This document shows positions 46,750 to 55,881 of a stretch of 64,000 nt of DNA, piece by piece. The DNA is from Acidimicrobiales bacterium (lineage in GTDB: Bacteria; Actinomycetota; Acidimicrobiia; Acidimicrobiales; Aldehydirespiratoraceae): contig OZ220692.1 in NCBI GenBank assembly GCA_965116485.1, positions 1,627,152 to 1,691,151 on the forward strand. The letters run 5' to 3'. Both the position numbers and the translations under genes were made by a program. The stretch's first letter is position 1. The number at the start of each line of letters is the position of its first letter. The notes below the pieces were generated by a model. The model ran no database searches. It was not told the origin of the DNA and saw only the letters and a program-made list of their open reading frames with translations.

Positions 46750-47148
46750 CTAGTGGCCTTCCGTGGACTGGATCCCTGTGGCACCGCAGTAGAGTCCGAC
46801 AGCAGGACTGACGCGGCCAATGACCCCGCAAGCTCCAAACCAGAGCCATTGATTGTGGGTGTGGGGGCGTTCGTACCTGGGTCCGCAACGCCTGTAGCGT
46901 TCGTAACCCCAGATTGGGACGCCGTATCTGTATTCTCCCTCGCCGTTGCCGAAATCGTGCCAGTACATCTGGTTGGGGTCCCATCGGTAACCGATGATCG
47001 TGTAGTTCGTTGATTGCACCCAGGTGCAGTCTTGCGCGTAGGCCACATGGGCGGACGCAGGTTCGGTGTCGGTGACCGTCACGACGGTCAATGTGCTGGC
47101 CAGCACGGCCAGCGTCAAGATACCAACAGCAGCTGAACGGGTTCTCAT
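46750..47148 (-). CDS. Secreted Cys/Trp/Tyr-rich small protein, allele D2
   Basis: Identical to D1 except one signal-peptide residue and the C-terminal block WLWFGACGVIGRVSPAVGLYCG. Confidence 0.65.
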   Translation of the reverse strand: MRTRSAAVGILTLAVLASTLTVVTVTDTEPASAHVAYAQDCTWVQSTNYTIIGYRWDPNQMYWHDFGNGEGEYRYGVPIWGYERYRRCGPRYERPHTHNQWLWFGACGVIGRVSPAVGLYCGATGIQSTEGH

Positions 47149-47322
47149 AAGGGGTGTCCTTTGATTCCAGTTAGCAAGCTGCGTGCGGTAGGGTAGCTGA
47201 ATTCGCCTCCAGCCGCAACAATTGATTGCTTCCACTACCCCGCGCCAAGTGCCGGGGTCCAATCGCCGGCTTTGGTGCTCACCAGATCATCATGTCGCGC
47301 CAGCGAAAATCTGGCCGTCGGC

Positions 47323-47811
47323 TCACACCGAGCCGTCGATGGGGGTGCCCGAATATGGTGCGGGGTCGCCTTCGGCGGGGATCTGTGGCCGGGACCAGTG
47401 AGCCAGATCAGCGATCGCTTCGGCAACGTCGCGCCAGGTGTCGGGATCCCAGCCTTCGGCCTTGGCGGTCACGGCGCCGTCCTGTCGGACCAGCAGGATA
47501 CAGGGGGCGGACTCGACGCCCAGACCCATGGCGATGGCGCGGGTCGGGTCTGCGAAGGTCAACACTTCTTCGGCGTACGGCCCGAGGAAGCGCTTGGCGT
47601 CGTCGGGGGAGCAGGTGAGAATCCAGCAGGGACGACAGTCAGCTTCTCGGAACCCCTCCAGGATTCTCTTGGAAGTGTCGAGAATCCAGGCGCTCTCATG
47701 GGTGAAAGGGTCGAGCACCACGCATGCGAGCGGGAAGGTCGTGAGCCAATCGGAAAGGGGACGGCTTTCGCCGTTGAGAGGATCGAGTTCGAGCTCGGGT
47801 GTGGTTATCAC
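47323..47811 (-). CDS. Thioredoxin-fold protein with a CRPC motif
   Basis: 162 aa; FREADCRPCWIL and the strand/helix pattern fit a TlpA/AhpC-like fold. Assignment is by eye only. Confidence 0.5.
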   Translation of the reverse strand: MITTPELELDPLNGESRPLSDWLTTFPLACVVLDPFTHESAWILDTSKRILEGFREADCRPCWILTCSPDDAKRFLGPYAEEVLTFADPTRAIAMGLGVESAPCILLVRQDGAVTAKAEGWDPDTWRDVAEAIADLAHWSRPQIPAEGDPAPYSGTPIDGSV

Positions 47812-47897
47812 GCCGCAACGTTAGCGCTACACAGCCCAAGCTGGTCACATCGGGTAGCAGAAGTTGGTGATCGCGCCGGCAAGCTACGATTGGCTCT

Positions 47898-48650
47898 GTG
47901 CATCCGGTGGAGCGCCTCCGATATGTGGCTCGAGCTGGTGATACTTCGACAGTGCCGCTGGTGCGTGAGGCCGCGTTCGCGCTCGCTGACTTTGCCTACG
48001 ACCCCATGGAACTGCTGACTGCATGCAAGCGGCTCGTTGAACGTCGTCCGGCGTGCGCGCCGCTGGTGTGGATTTGCGCTCGGATTCTGTCCGGAAGCGA
48101 TCCCGCGACGGAGGCTTATGACTGCGTTGCCGGGCTGGAACGGGATCGCACTTGTGAGGAGTTGACCAATGAGATTCCCAGCGAGGCGTCGGTGCTTGTC
48201 GTGGGGCGAGCCGAAGCCGGCGGAGAGGCGGCTCGGTGGCGTCCGGATATTGAATTGACGGCGGTCGATACGGCCGATGACGAAGATCACTCGATCGGCC
48301 TGCTCGAACGGTCCGTGGATCTGCTGGTCCTGGAAGCGGAGGCGGTCACCGACGATGAGGCGTTGCTTCGGTCGGGTGCAGGTACGGTCGCGGCGGTCGC
48401 GCAAGAGATGGAGGTTCCGGTGTGGCTCGTTGCCGGCCTGGGTCGGGTGCTGCCCGAGCAGATGTGGATTGGCGCAACGGAACTGGCCATGCGCGAACAG
48501 CGGGGGAGCGGCAGTTATCATGGGTCGCCCGGCTATGAGGTGGTCTCGCTCGCCTGCGTCGACACGGTTGTCGGTCCGTCCGGGTTGCACCCGGTGAGTG
48601 AGCTCCGCTACCGCCGTGAGTGCCCGATAGTTCTGGAACTGTTTGCTTGA
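47898..48650 (+). CDS. Hypothetical protein
   Basis: 250-aa ORF with coding-like composition and position (divergent from 47811, upstream of argC). I recognise no family. Confidence 0.5.
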   Translation: MHPVERLRYVARAGDTSTVPLVREAAFALADFAYDPMELLTACKRLVERRPACAPLVWICARILSGSDPATEAYDCVAGLERDRTCEELTNEIPSEASVLVVGRAEAGGEAARWRPDIELTAVDTADDEDHSIGLLERSVDLLVLEAEAVTDDEALLRSGAGTVAAVAQEMEVPVWLVAGLGRVLPEQMWIGATELAMREQRGSGSYHGSPGYEVVSLACVDTVVGPSGLHPVSELRYRRECPIVLELFA

Positions 48651-48700
48651 ATTTTGATATATTTTCAAGATGTTGCATAAACATACGATCTTGCTATAGT
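48647..48700 (+). promoter_or_regulatory. argC promoter (TTGCAT-16-TATAGT) with an AT-rich palindrome, likely ArgR operator; leaderless start
   Basis: -35 at 48673-48678 and -10 at 48695-48700, with the ATG 7 nt after the -10. The palindrome TTGAA-N12-TTCAA lies at 48647-48668. This is the only AT-rich stretch in the neighbourhood. Confidence 0.45.
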
Positions 48701-48707
48701 CAACGGG

Positions 48708-49757
48708 ATGTACAAGCTCGCTGTCATCGGCGCTTCAGGATTCACCGGAGCGGAATTCCTGCGCTTGTGCGCGTCCCACCCCGACTTCGAAGTGGTCATC
48801 GCCACGGCTGAGACCCAAGCCCACAGACCGATCGCAGACCTGTATCCCAGTCTCGCGTCGGCCTACGGCGACATGGCTTTCACGCCGCACAACGATGAGC
48901 TGATCAGCGCCATCGAAGGATCGGCGGACCTGGTGTTGATGGGGCTTCCGCACGGGCATGCGCAGACTCTGGTGCCGCAACTTCGGGGCAAGGTCAAACA
49001 CATCATCGATCTCTCCGCCGATTTTCGCTTCGACGACCCGAGCGTCTACCCGAAGTGGTACGGCGAGGCCCATCAAGCTCCAGAGTTGCTCAACGAGTTC
49101 GTGTTCGGACTCCCAGAACTGTTCCGGGATCAGCTCCGGGGCGCCGAACTCACCGCGGTCGCCGGCTGCTATGTCACCACCGCTTCGCTGGCACTGGCGC
49201 CGTTGGTGAAATTCGGAATCGTCGAACCGACCGGGATCATCGTCGACGCGGCAAGCGGAGTCTCGGGTGCCGGGCGGCCTCCCAAAGACAACACTTCGTT
49301 CTGCTCGGTAGACGAAGACTTCAGCGCCTACGGACTTCTGAACCACCGGCACACCCCGGAGATTGAAATGGCCATATCGAGCTACGCCGGGATCGATACG
49401 CAACTGCTCTTCACGCCCCACCTTGCTCCGATGAGTCGAGGGATTCTCGCCACCTGCTACGGCAGCCTGAGTGACACCGACGCAACCACCGACACCGCCC
49501 TCGAATGCCTTGCCGAGGCGTACACCGACGAACCGTTCGTGGTGGTCGATGAGCGGTCTCCCTCGACCAAAGCGACGCTCGGATCAAACACAGTCCATCT
49601 CACCGCCAGAGTCGACGAGCGGACCCAGACCGTGATCGCTATCGGCGCCCTCGACAACCTTGTGAAGGGCGCCTCAGGACAGGGCATCCAATGCGCCAAC
49701 GCGGTGCTCGGACTTCCCGAACACACGGGCCTGCCCACCGCCGGACTCTTCCCCTAG
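48708..49757 (+). CDS. argC: N-acetyl-gamma-glutamyl-phosphate reductase
   Basis: MYKLAVIGASGFTGAE ... AVAGCYVTT active-site Cys motif. Confidence 0.92.
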   Translation: MYKLAVIGASGFTGAEFLRLCASHPDFEVVIATAETQAHRPIADLYPSLASAYGDMAFTPHNDELISAIEGSADLVLMGLPHGHAQTLVPQLRGKVKHIIDLSADFRFDDPSVYPKWYGEAHQAPELLNEFVFGLPELFRDQLRGAELTAVAGCYVTTASLALAPLVKFGIVEPTGIIVDAASGVSGAGRPPKDNTSFCSVDEDFSAYGLLNHRHTPEIEMAISSYAGIDTQLLFTPHLAPMSRGILATCYGSLSDTDATTDTALECLAEAYTDEPFVVVDERSPSTKATLGSNTVHLTARVDERTQTVIAIGALDNLVKGASGQGIQCANAVLGLPEHTGLPTAGLFP

Positions 49758-49771
49758 CAACCCGGATCGTC

Positions 49772-51013
49772 ATGTCTGACTCAGTTTCACCCCTAGCGCC
49801 CGCATCGTTCCCCGACATTCCTCCCATCGCGGGAGTCCAATTGGCCACGTACGCCGCAGGAATCAAATACGAGTCCAGACCGGACCTGTTCCTCGCCTCG
49901 CTGGCCGAAGGCACCTCGGTCGCCGGCACGTTCACCAGTTCGAAGTGCCCGTCAGCACCAGTCGAATGGTGCCGGCGAATCTTGCACGAAGGAAACCGCA
50001 CAGCGCGGGCGCTGGTGTGCAACTCGGGCAACGCCAACGCGTTCACCGGGGCAGCAGGCGTCGCCAGCGCCACTCTCACAGCGGACGTGGTGGCCCAATC
50101 CCTGGGAGTGGACGCGGACAGGGTCTTTCTGGCATCCACCGGCGTCATCGGCGAGCCGCTGCCCGACGACATCCTGAGCGACAGCCTCCCCGCGTTGGTC
50201 GACAACCTCGGCGTCGCCAGCGCCGATGCCTGGGCTGCGGCAGCCAGAGCAATATGCACAACCGACACGTTCAGCAAAGGCTCGGCCGCGCGCATCAATT
50301 CAACCGCGGCGCACATCGCCGGAATCGCCAAGGGCAGCGGCATGATCGCGCCCGATATGGCCACCATGCTGGCGTTCGTTTTCACCGACCTTGCAGTCGC
50401 CCCGGAGATCCTCCAGAGCTGTCTGTCGGCATCCGTCGCAGCGAGTTTCAACTGCATAACCGTCGATTCCGATACCTCGACCAGTGACACCGTCCTGCTG
50501 TTCGCCACAGGCGAGCAAATCGACGACGAAATCAGCTCGCCGACCGATCCGCGGTTGGACGACTTCCAAGACGCCCTCGACAGCGTCCTGTTGGATCTGG
50601 CGCATCAGATCGTGCGCGACGGCGAGGGCGCCACAAAATTCGTCGAAGTGAACGTCACCGGAGCCGAATCCGATGAATCGGCCCACAACATCGCGCGGTC
50701 CATAGCTGAATCGCCTCTGGTCTCAACCGCGCTGGCCGCTGAGGACGCCAACTGGGGACGGATAGTGATGGCAGTCGGCAAAGCCGGAGAGAGAGCCGAT
50801 CGCGATCAGCTCTCGATCTGGATCGGCGACGAACTGGTCGCCTCGGGCGGTGCGCGACATCGGGACTACAGCGAGCCGTTGGCGACCCGACATCTGCAGT
50901 CCGACGAGATAGAACTGCGGGTCGATGTCGGCATCGGCACCGGCGCAGCGACCGTTTGGACATGCGATCTGACGCACGGCTACATCGAAATCAACGCGGG
51001 GTACCGCTCATGA
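49772..51013 (+). CDS. argJ: Bifunctional ornithine acetyltransferase / N-acetylglutamate synthase
   Basis: GFKAAG-type N-terminus (GVQLATYAAGIKY) and the autocleavage region DMATMLAFVFTD. Confidence 0.92.
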   Translation: MSDSVSPLAPASFPDIPPIAGVQLATYAAGIKYESRPDLFLASLAEGTSVAGTFTSSKCPSAPVEWCRRILHEGNRTARALVCNSGNANAFTGAAGVASATLTADVVAQSLGVDADRVFLASTGVIGEPLPDDILSDSLPALVDNLGVASADAWAAAARAICTTDTFSKGSAARINSTAAHIAGIAKGSGMIAPDMATMLAFVFTDLAVAPEILQSCLSASVAASFNCITVDSDTSTSDTVLLFATGEQIDDEISSPTDPRLDDFQDALDSVLLDLAHQIVRDGEGATKFVEVNVTGAESDESAHNIARSIAESPLVSTALAAEDANWGRIVMAVGKAGERADRDQLSIWIGDELVASGGARHRDYSEPLATRHLQSDEIELRVDVGIGTGAATVWTCDLTHGYIEINAGYRS

Positions 51014-51930
51014 CCGACCGCTCAGCACCGGATCTGATCTCAGAGCAGAGTTTCGCTCCACAGGGTTTCTCTCCACGGGGTTTCTCTCCAGAAAGGCGCG
51101 CAACGGCACTGATTGAGGCCCTGCCCTACATCCAGCAGTTCCGCGACTCGGTTGTCGTGGTGAAGTTCGGCGGCAACGCCATGGTCGACCCCGCCCTGTC
51201 CGCGTCCTTCGCTCAAGATGTCGTGTTGCTGCGCTCGGTCGGGCTGCGGCCCGTGGTCGTGCACGGGGGCGGTCCCCAGATCGGCGCGCTCCTGGGGCGC
51301 TTGGGCAAGTCAACCGAGTTCATCGACGGCCTTCGGGTCACCGATGCCGAAACCCTCGATGTGGCCCGGATGGTGCTCGTTGGCAAGGTCGGCCGCGACA
51401 TCGTGGGCGCGATCAACGTCCACGGAGCTTTCGCTGTGGGAGTCTCCGGTGAAGACGGAGGCCTCATCACCGCGGCACCTGCTGACGAGGCACTCGGTTT
51501 TGTCGGCGAAGTCGCTTCTGTGCAACCTCAGATACTGGAACGGTTGCTGGCCGAGCGGATGATCCCGGTGGTGTCGACCATCGGCGCCGATGCTTCGGGG
51601 CAGGCGTACAACATCAACGCCGACACGGTCGCGGGTGCGCTGGCAGGCGCGCTCGGAGCCGAAAAGGCCATCTATCTCACCGATGTGGCCGGTTTGCTGA
51701 CCGACCCCGACGACCCCAGTTCGATCGTGCCCCACGCCGCAGTCGAAGACCTTGAGGCGATGATCGCCGACGGAACCATCTCAGGCGGGATGATCCCCAA
51801 AATCCGGGCCTGCATGGATGCGGTCGAATCAGGGGCGGCCTCAGCGCACCTGCTCGACGGCCGGATCCCCCATGTGCTGCTGCTGGAGCTGTTCACCGAC
51901 GCCGGCATCGGCACGATGGTGACGCCATGA
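51010..51930 (+). CDS. argB: Acetylglutamate kinase
   Basis: VVVKFGGNAM ... VVVHGGGPQI. The ATGA overlaps the argJ stop. Confidence 0.92.
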   Translation: MTDRSAPDLISEQSFAPQGFSPRGFSPERRATALIEALPYIQQFRDSVVVVKFGGNAMVDPALSASFAQDVVLLRSVGLRPVVVHGGGPQIGALLGRLGKSTEFIDGLRVTDAETLDVARMVLVGKVGRDIVGAINVHGAFAVGVSGEDGGLITAAPADEALGFVGEVASVQPQILERLLAERMIPVVSTIGADASGQAYNINADTVAGALAGALGAEKAIYLTDVAGLLTDPDDPSSIVPHAAVEDLEAMIADGTISGGMIPKIRACMDAVESGAASAHLLDGRIPHVLLLELFTDAGIGTMVTP

Positions 51931-53129
51931 CCGCCGAACAAGCCCAAGCTTGGGGAGCGACAGGCGACCACAGCCCCCTGATGAACAACTACGGTTCCCC
52001 GCCGCGCATCTTCGTGCGCGGTCGGGGCACCGAGTTGTGGGACAACGAAGGTCGGCGCCATCTCGACTTTCTCTGCGGTCTGGCCGTGACCTCATTGGGG
52101 CACGCCCATGGAGCTGTGACTGCGGCGATCGCCGCGCAGGCTGCCAAGTTGACCCACACCTCGAACCTGTTCGCCAACGAACATCAAGCACCGGTCGCGG
52201 AGCGGATCAGCGAACTGATCGCCGCGGCCTCGGGCCAGGTGCTGTTCCAGAATTCAGGAGCCGAAGCCAACGAAGCCGCCATCAAGTTGGCGCGCAAGTA
52301 TCAAGGCCGGGGCCGTCATGTGGTCCTGAGTGCGCTGCGGTCGTTCCATGGCCGCACTCTGGCCACCCTGGCGGCCACCGGTCAACCGGAGAAGCACGAG
52401 CCGTTCCAGCCGCTGCCCGAAGGGTTCCGTCACGTCGTGTTCGACGATGTGTCGGAACTCGAAAGAGCACTCGGCCCCGAGGTAGGTGCCGTCATGCTTG
52501 AAGCCGTCCAAGGAGAAGGCGGAGTCAACCCTGCCGACGACGGTTATCTCCAAGCTGTCAGGAAGATCTGTGACGAGAGGGGGATCCTGCTCATCATGGA
52601 CGAGATCCAGACCGGTTTCGGCCGCACGGGCGAATGGTTCGGGTACCAGCACAGCGGTGTCGCCCCAGACATCGTCACGCTGGCAAAGGCCATCGCCAAC
52701 GGCGTGCCCGTGGGAGCCGTGTGGGCCCGTGACGATGTGGCGGCCTGCTTCGGCCCGGGTGATCACGGCTCGACGTTCGCCGGGCAGGCTCTGGCGCTCG
52801 CCGCGGCGAGAGCCACCATAGACGCCTACATCGCCATGGATGCTCCGGCGGTGGTTCAGCGCACCGAAGCGAAGATAAGAGCCAGACTCGCCGACGTCGA
52901 CGGCATCGATCACGTCAGGGGCAGGGGCCTGCTTCTGGCCATCGAGCTCACTGAGCAGGGCCGTGCCGGTCGAACCGGGGCAGAGATTGCCAGGGCCTGT
53001 CTCGACGAGGGCGTGATCCTCAATGGGATCACCCCCACGGCGCTGCGAATCGCGCCTCCCTACACCGTCTCCGACGACGAGATCGACGAAGCGGTTGCCG
53101 TGATCGCCAAAGTATTGGAGACAGCGTGA
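51927..53129 (+). CDS. argD: Acetylornithine aminotransferase
   Basis: Class III aminotransferase motifs (FQNSGAEANEAAIKLAR, LIMDEIQTGFGRTG, TLAKAIANG). Confidence 0.92.
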   Translation: MTAEQAQAWGATGDHSPLMNNYGSPPRIFVRGRGTELWDNEGRRHLDFLCGLAVTSLGHAHGAVTAAIAAQAAKLTHTSNLFANEHQAPVAERISELIAAASGQVLFQNSGAEANEAAIKLARKYQGRGRHVVLSALRSFHGRTLATLAATGQPEKHEPFQPLPEGFRHVVFDDVSELERALGPEVGAVMLEAVQGEGGVNPADDGYLQAVRKICDERGILLIMDEIQTGFGRTGEWFGYQHSGVAPDIVTLAKAIANGVPVGAVWARDDVAACFGPGDHGSTFAGQALALAAARATIDAYIAMDAPAVVQRTEAKIRARLADVDGIDHVRGRGLLLAIELTEQGRAGRTGAEIARACLDEGVILNGITPTALRIAPPYTVSDDEIDEAVAVIAKVLETA

Positions 53130-54022
53130 TGCGGCATTTCACAGAGATCGATGATCTCTCGCCCTCCGAACTCGAGCGGGTGCTCGAACTGTCTTCGGCG
53201 CCGGCGTCTCCCACTCTGCTCGCAGGAAAGGGTGTGGCGCTCATCTTCGAGAAGCCGTCGGCCCGAACCCGCAACTCGATGGAGATGGCGGTCGTGCAAC
53301 TGGGCGGCCATCCGGTGTACATCGGCAACGAAGAGGTGGGTCTGAACCGGCGCGAGTCGACCGAGGACGTAACCAGAGCCATGGCCGGATTCCACGCGGC
53401 GATCGGCGCGCGTGTCTATTCCCATTCGGACGTGGAACGCATGGCCGCGGTCGATCGGGTCCCTGTGATCAATCTGTTGAGCGACCGCGGTCATCCGATG
53501 CAGGCCCTGGCTGACCTGCTCACGATCCATCAGGAGTTCGGCACGCTCGAGGGGCGCAGCGTCGCCTACGTGGGCGACGCCAACAATGTCGCGTTCTCGT
53601 TGGCTCTGGGCGCCGGTCTGACTGGGATGGAGTTTCGCATCGCCGGCCCCGTCGGCTACGAGTTCGACGACGCCGACCTCGCGCGGCTCAACACGGTCGG
53701 CGAGCCCGTGGTCTGTGACAGCCCGATCGCGGCTGTCACCGGTGCCGATGCGGTGTACACCGATGCCTGGACATCAATGGGCCAGGAGGCTGAAGCTTCT
53801 AGGCGCGCCCGCGATTTCGAGGGCTTCCAAGTCGACGAGAAGCTGATGGAATCAGCCGCGAGCACCGCGATCTTCCTGCACTGTCTGCCTGCGCATCGAG
53901 GCGAAGAAGTCACCGATGCCGTCCTTGACGGCCCCAGCAGCAGAATCTGGCCTCAGGCCGCCAATCGGATGCATGCTGCGCGGGGTCTGCTCGTCTGGCT
54001 CCTCGGGGAGGCGAACCGATGA
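53126..54022 (+). CDS. argF: Ornithine carbamoyltransferase
   Basis: SARTRNS (carbamoyl-phosphate site), HPMQALADL, FLHCLPAHRGEEV. Confidence 0.92.
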   Translation: MMRHFTEIDDLSPSELERVLELSSAPASPTLLAGKGVALIFEKPSARTRNSMEMAVVQLGGHPVYIGNEEVGLNRRESTEDVTRAMAGFHAAIGARVYSHSDVERMAAVDRVPVINLLSDRGHPMQALADLLTIHQEFGTLEGRSVAYVGDANNVAFSLALGAGLTGMEFRIAGPVGYEFDDADLARLNTVGEPVVCDSPIAAVTGADAVYTDAWTSMGQEAEASRRARDFEGFQVDEKLMESAASTAIFLHCLPAHRGEEVTDAVLDGPSSRIWPQAANRMHAARGLLVWLLGEANR

Positions 54023-54136
54023 GCGTTCAGTCTCCCGCTCTTGCTCGCTCCGCTTCCGCTTCGGCTCAGGCGGCCGCTCGGGCCACGGCCCCACTACCGG
54101 CCCTCGTCGGTGGCGCGAAGTCCGGGAGGCGCCGGC

Positions 54137-54601
54137 GTGGCCACTAAGGCGAGAAGGCAGCATCGCGTAGCAGTTCTGCTGGGGGAGCATGCCGTCACCA
54201 ACCAGAGTCAGCTCGCGGCGTTGCTGGCCGACGAAGGCCTCAAGGCCACGCAGTCAACCGTCTCGCGTGACCTCGACGAGCTCGGCGCGGTAAAGGTGCG
54301 CGTGGCCGGCGGCGAAACCGTCTATGCCATCCCTGAGCACTCCGTCGACCGCATCGCCCCGGAGGACCACCTTCGCCGGGTGATGGGAGACTGGATCGCC
54401 GCCGTCTCCCATTCCGGAAACCTGGTGCTGCTGCGCACCCCTCCAGGGTCCGCCCACGTTGTGGCCTCTGCGCTCGACCGCGCAGGGATCGAGGACATTG
54501 TCGGTACCGTCGCAGGCGACGACACCTTGTTGGTTGTCGCCGCCGAAGAAGTCGGCGGAGCCTGCCTCGAGGCTCGCTTGCGCGACCTCGCCGGCCTGTG
54601 A
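54137..54601 (+). CDS. argR: Arginine repressor
   Basis: SQLAALLADEGLKATQSTVSRDLDELGAVKV is the winged-helix domain and GTVAGDDTLLVV is the C-terminal oligomerisation motif. GTG at 54137 is preferred. Confidence 0.88.
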   Translation: MATKARRQHRVAVLLGEHAVTNQSQLAALLADEGLKATQSTVSRDLDELGAVKVRVAGGETVYAIPEHSVDRIAPEDHLRRVMGDWIAAVSHSGNLVLLRTPPGSAHVVASALDRAGIEDIVGTVAGDDTLLVVAAEEVGGACLEARLRDLAGL

Positions 54602-54675
54602 GAAGAGCCCTGTGAGAAGAGCAATGTGAGAAATGCCATGACCCGAACGAACCAAGCAAGGAAAGAACCGTTGAA

Positions 54676-55878
54676 ATGAAAGTCGTCCTGGCCTACAGCG
54701 GTGGGCTCGACACCTCGATCATCCTGCACTGGCTGCGGGAGAACTACGACGCGGAGGTGATCACCTTCACCGCCGACCTCGGCCAGCCAGAAGAGGTCGA
54801 ACCGGCGCGGGCCAAAGCACTGGCGATGGGGGTCGCTGAAGACAACATCCATATCGAGGACCTGCGTGAGGAGTTCACCCGCGACTTCGTCTTCCCGATG
54901 TTCAGAGCCAACACGATCTATGAGGGCGAGTACCTGCTCGGCACCTCGATAGCCAGGCCGCTGATCGCCAAACGGCTCGTGGAGATCGCCGCGGACCATC
55001 AGGCCGACGCCGTCAGCCACGGCGCCACAGGCAAGGGCAACGATCAGGTCCGGTTCGAGCTCGGCGCCTATGCGCTCTCGCCCGACATCGAGGTCATCGC
55101 GCCCTGGCGGCTCTGGGACCTGAACTCGCGGGATTCGCTGATGGACTATGCCGCGGCCCGCAACATCCCGATCGAGATGACCCGGGGTACGAAGTCCCCG
55201 TTCTCGATGGACGCCAACCTGCTCCACGTCTCCTATGAGGGCGGTCCCCTCGAGGACCCCTGGACCGAGCCTCCCGCGGAGATGTGGCGTTGGTCGGCAA
55301 GCCCGGCCGAAGCGCCCAATGAGGCGACCTATCTGGATCTCAGCTACGAGCGCGGCGACATCGTGGCCGTCGACGGCAAGGTGATGAGCCCGGCTGGGGT
55401 GCTCGCGCATCTCAACGAGGTGGGCGGTGCCAACGGCGTCGGCCGACTCGACATCGTCGAGAACCGCTACGTCGGAATGAAGAGCCGTGGAGCTTACGAG
55501 ACCCCGGGCGGCACCATAATGCTGCGGGCCCACCGCGGGATCGAGTCGATCACACTGGACCGCGAAGTGGCCCACCTCAAGGACTCGCTCATGCCGAGAT
55601 ACGCGGAGTTGATCTACAACGGCTATTGGTGGAGTCCTGAACGCGAGATGCTCCAGGTTGCGATCGACCACAGCCAGCAGTGCGTGAACGGCGAAGTCCG
55701 CGTCAAGCTCTACAAGGGCAACGTCGACATCGTCGGCCGCAGGTCAGCCGATTCGTTGTTCGACGAGAAAATCGCGACCTTCGAAGAAGACGAGGGCGTC
55801 TACCACCAGGGTGACGCGGAAGGTTTCATCAAGCTCAACGCGTTGCGCCTGCGCAACCTTGCACGGAAGCGAGGCTGA
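54676..55878 (+). CDS. argG: Argininosuccinate synthase
   Basis: [14 protein letters not shown] ... [13 protein letters not shown]. Confidence 0.95.
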   Translation: MKVVLAYSGGLDTSIILHWLRENYDAEVITFTADLGQPEEVEPARAKALAMGVAEDNIHIEDLREEFTRDFVFPMFRANTIYEGEYLLGTSIARPLIAKRLVEIAADHQADAVSHGATGKGNDQVRFELGAYALSPDIEVIAPWRLWDLNSRDSLMDYAAARNIPIEMTRGTKSPFSMDANLLHVSYEGGPLEDPWTEPPAEMWRWSASPAEAPNEATYLDLSYERGDIVAVDGKVMSPAGVLAHLNEVGGANGVGRLDIVENRYVGMKSRGAYETPGGTIMLRAHRGIESITLDREVAHLKDSLMPRYAELIYNGYWWSPEREMLQVAIDHSQQCVNGEVRVKLYKGNVDIVGRRSADSLFDEKIATFEEDEGVYHQGDAEGFIKLNALRLRNLARKRG

Positions 55879-55881
55879 GTC

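Larger units (their letters stand above)
44949..47362. repeat. Segmental duplication, copy D2
   Basis: See D1. It starts with the last ~28 bp of the sulfatase gene and ends inside the 3' end of the thioredoxin-fold gene. Confidence 0.9.

Noticed and set aside
54597-54640. Three tgtgagaa(g/a) direct repeats between argR and argG as ARG boxes.
   Set aside because: They are direct rather than palindromic and do not resemble ARG-box half sites. The first copy is just the argR stop region.
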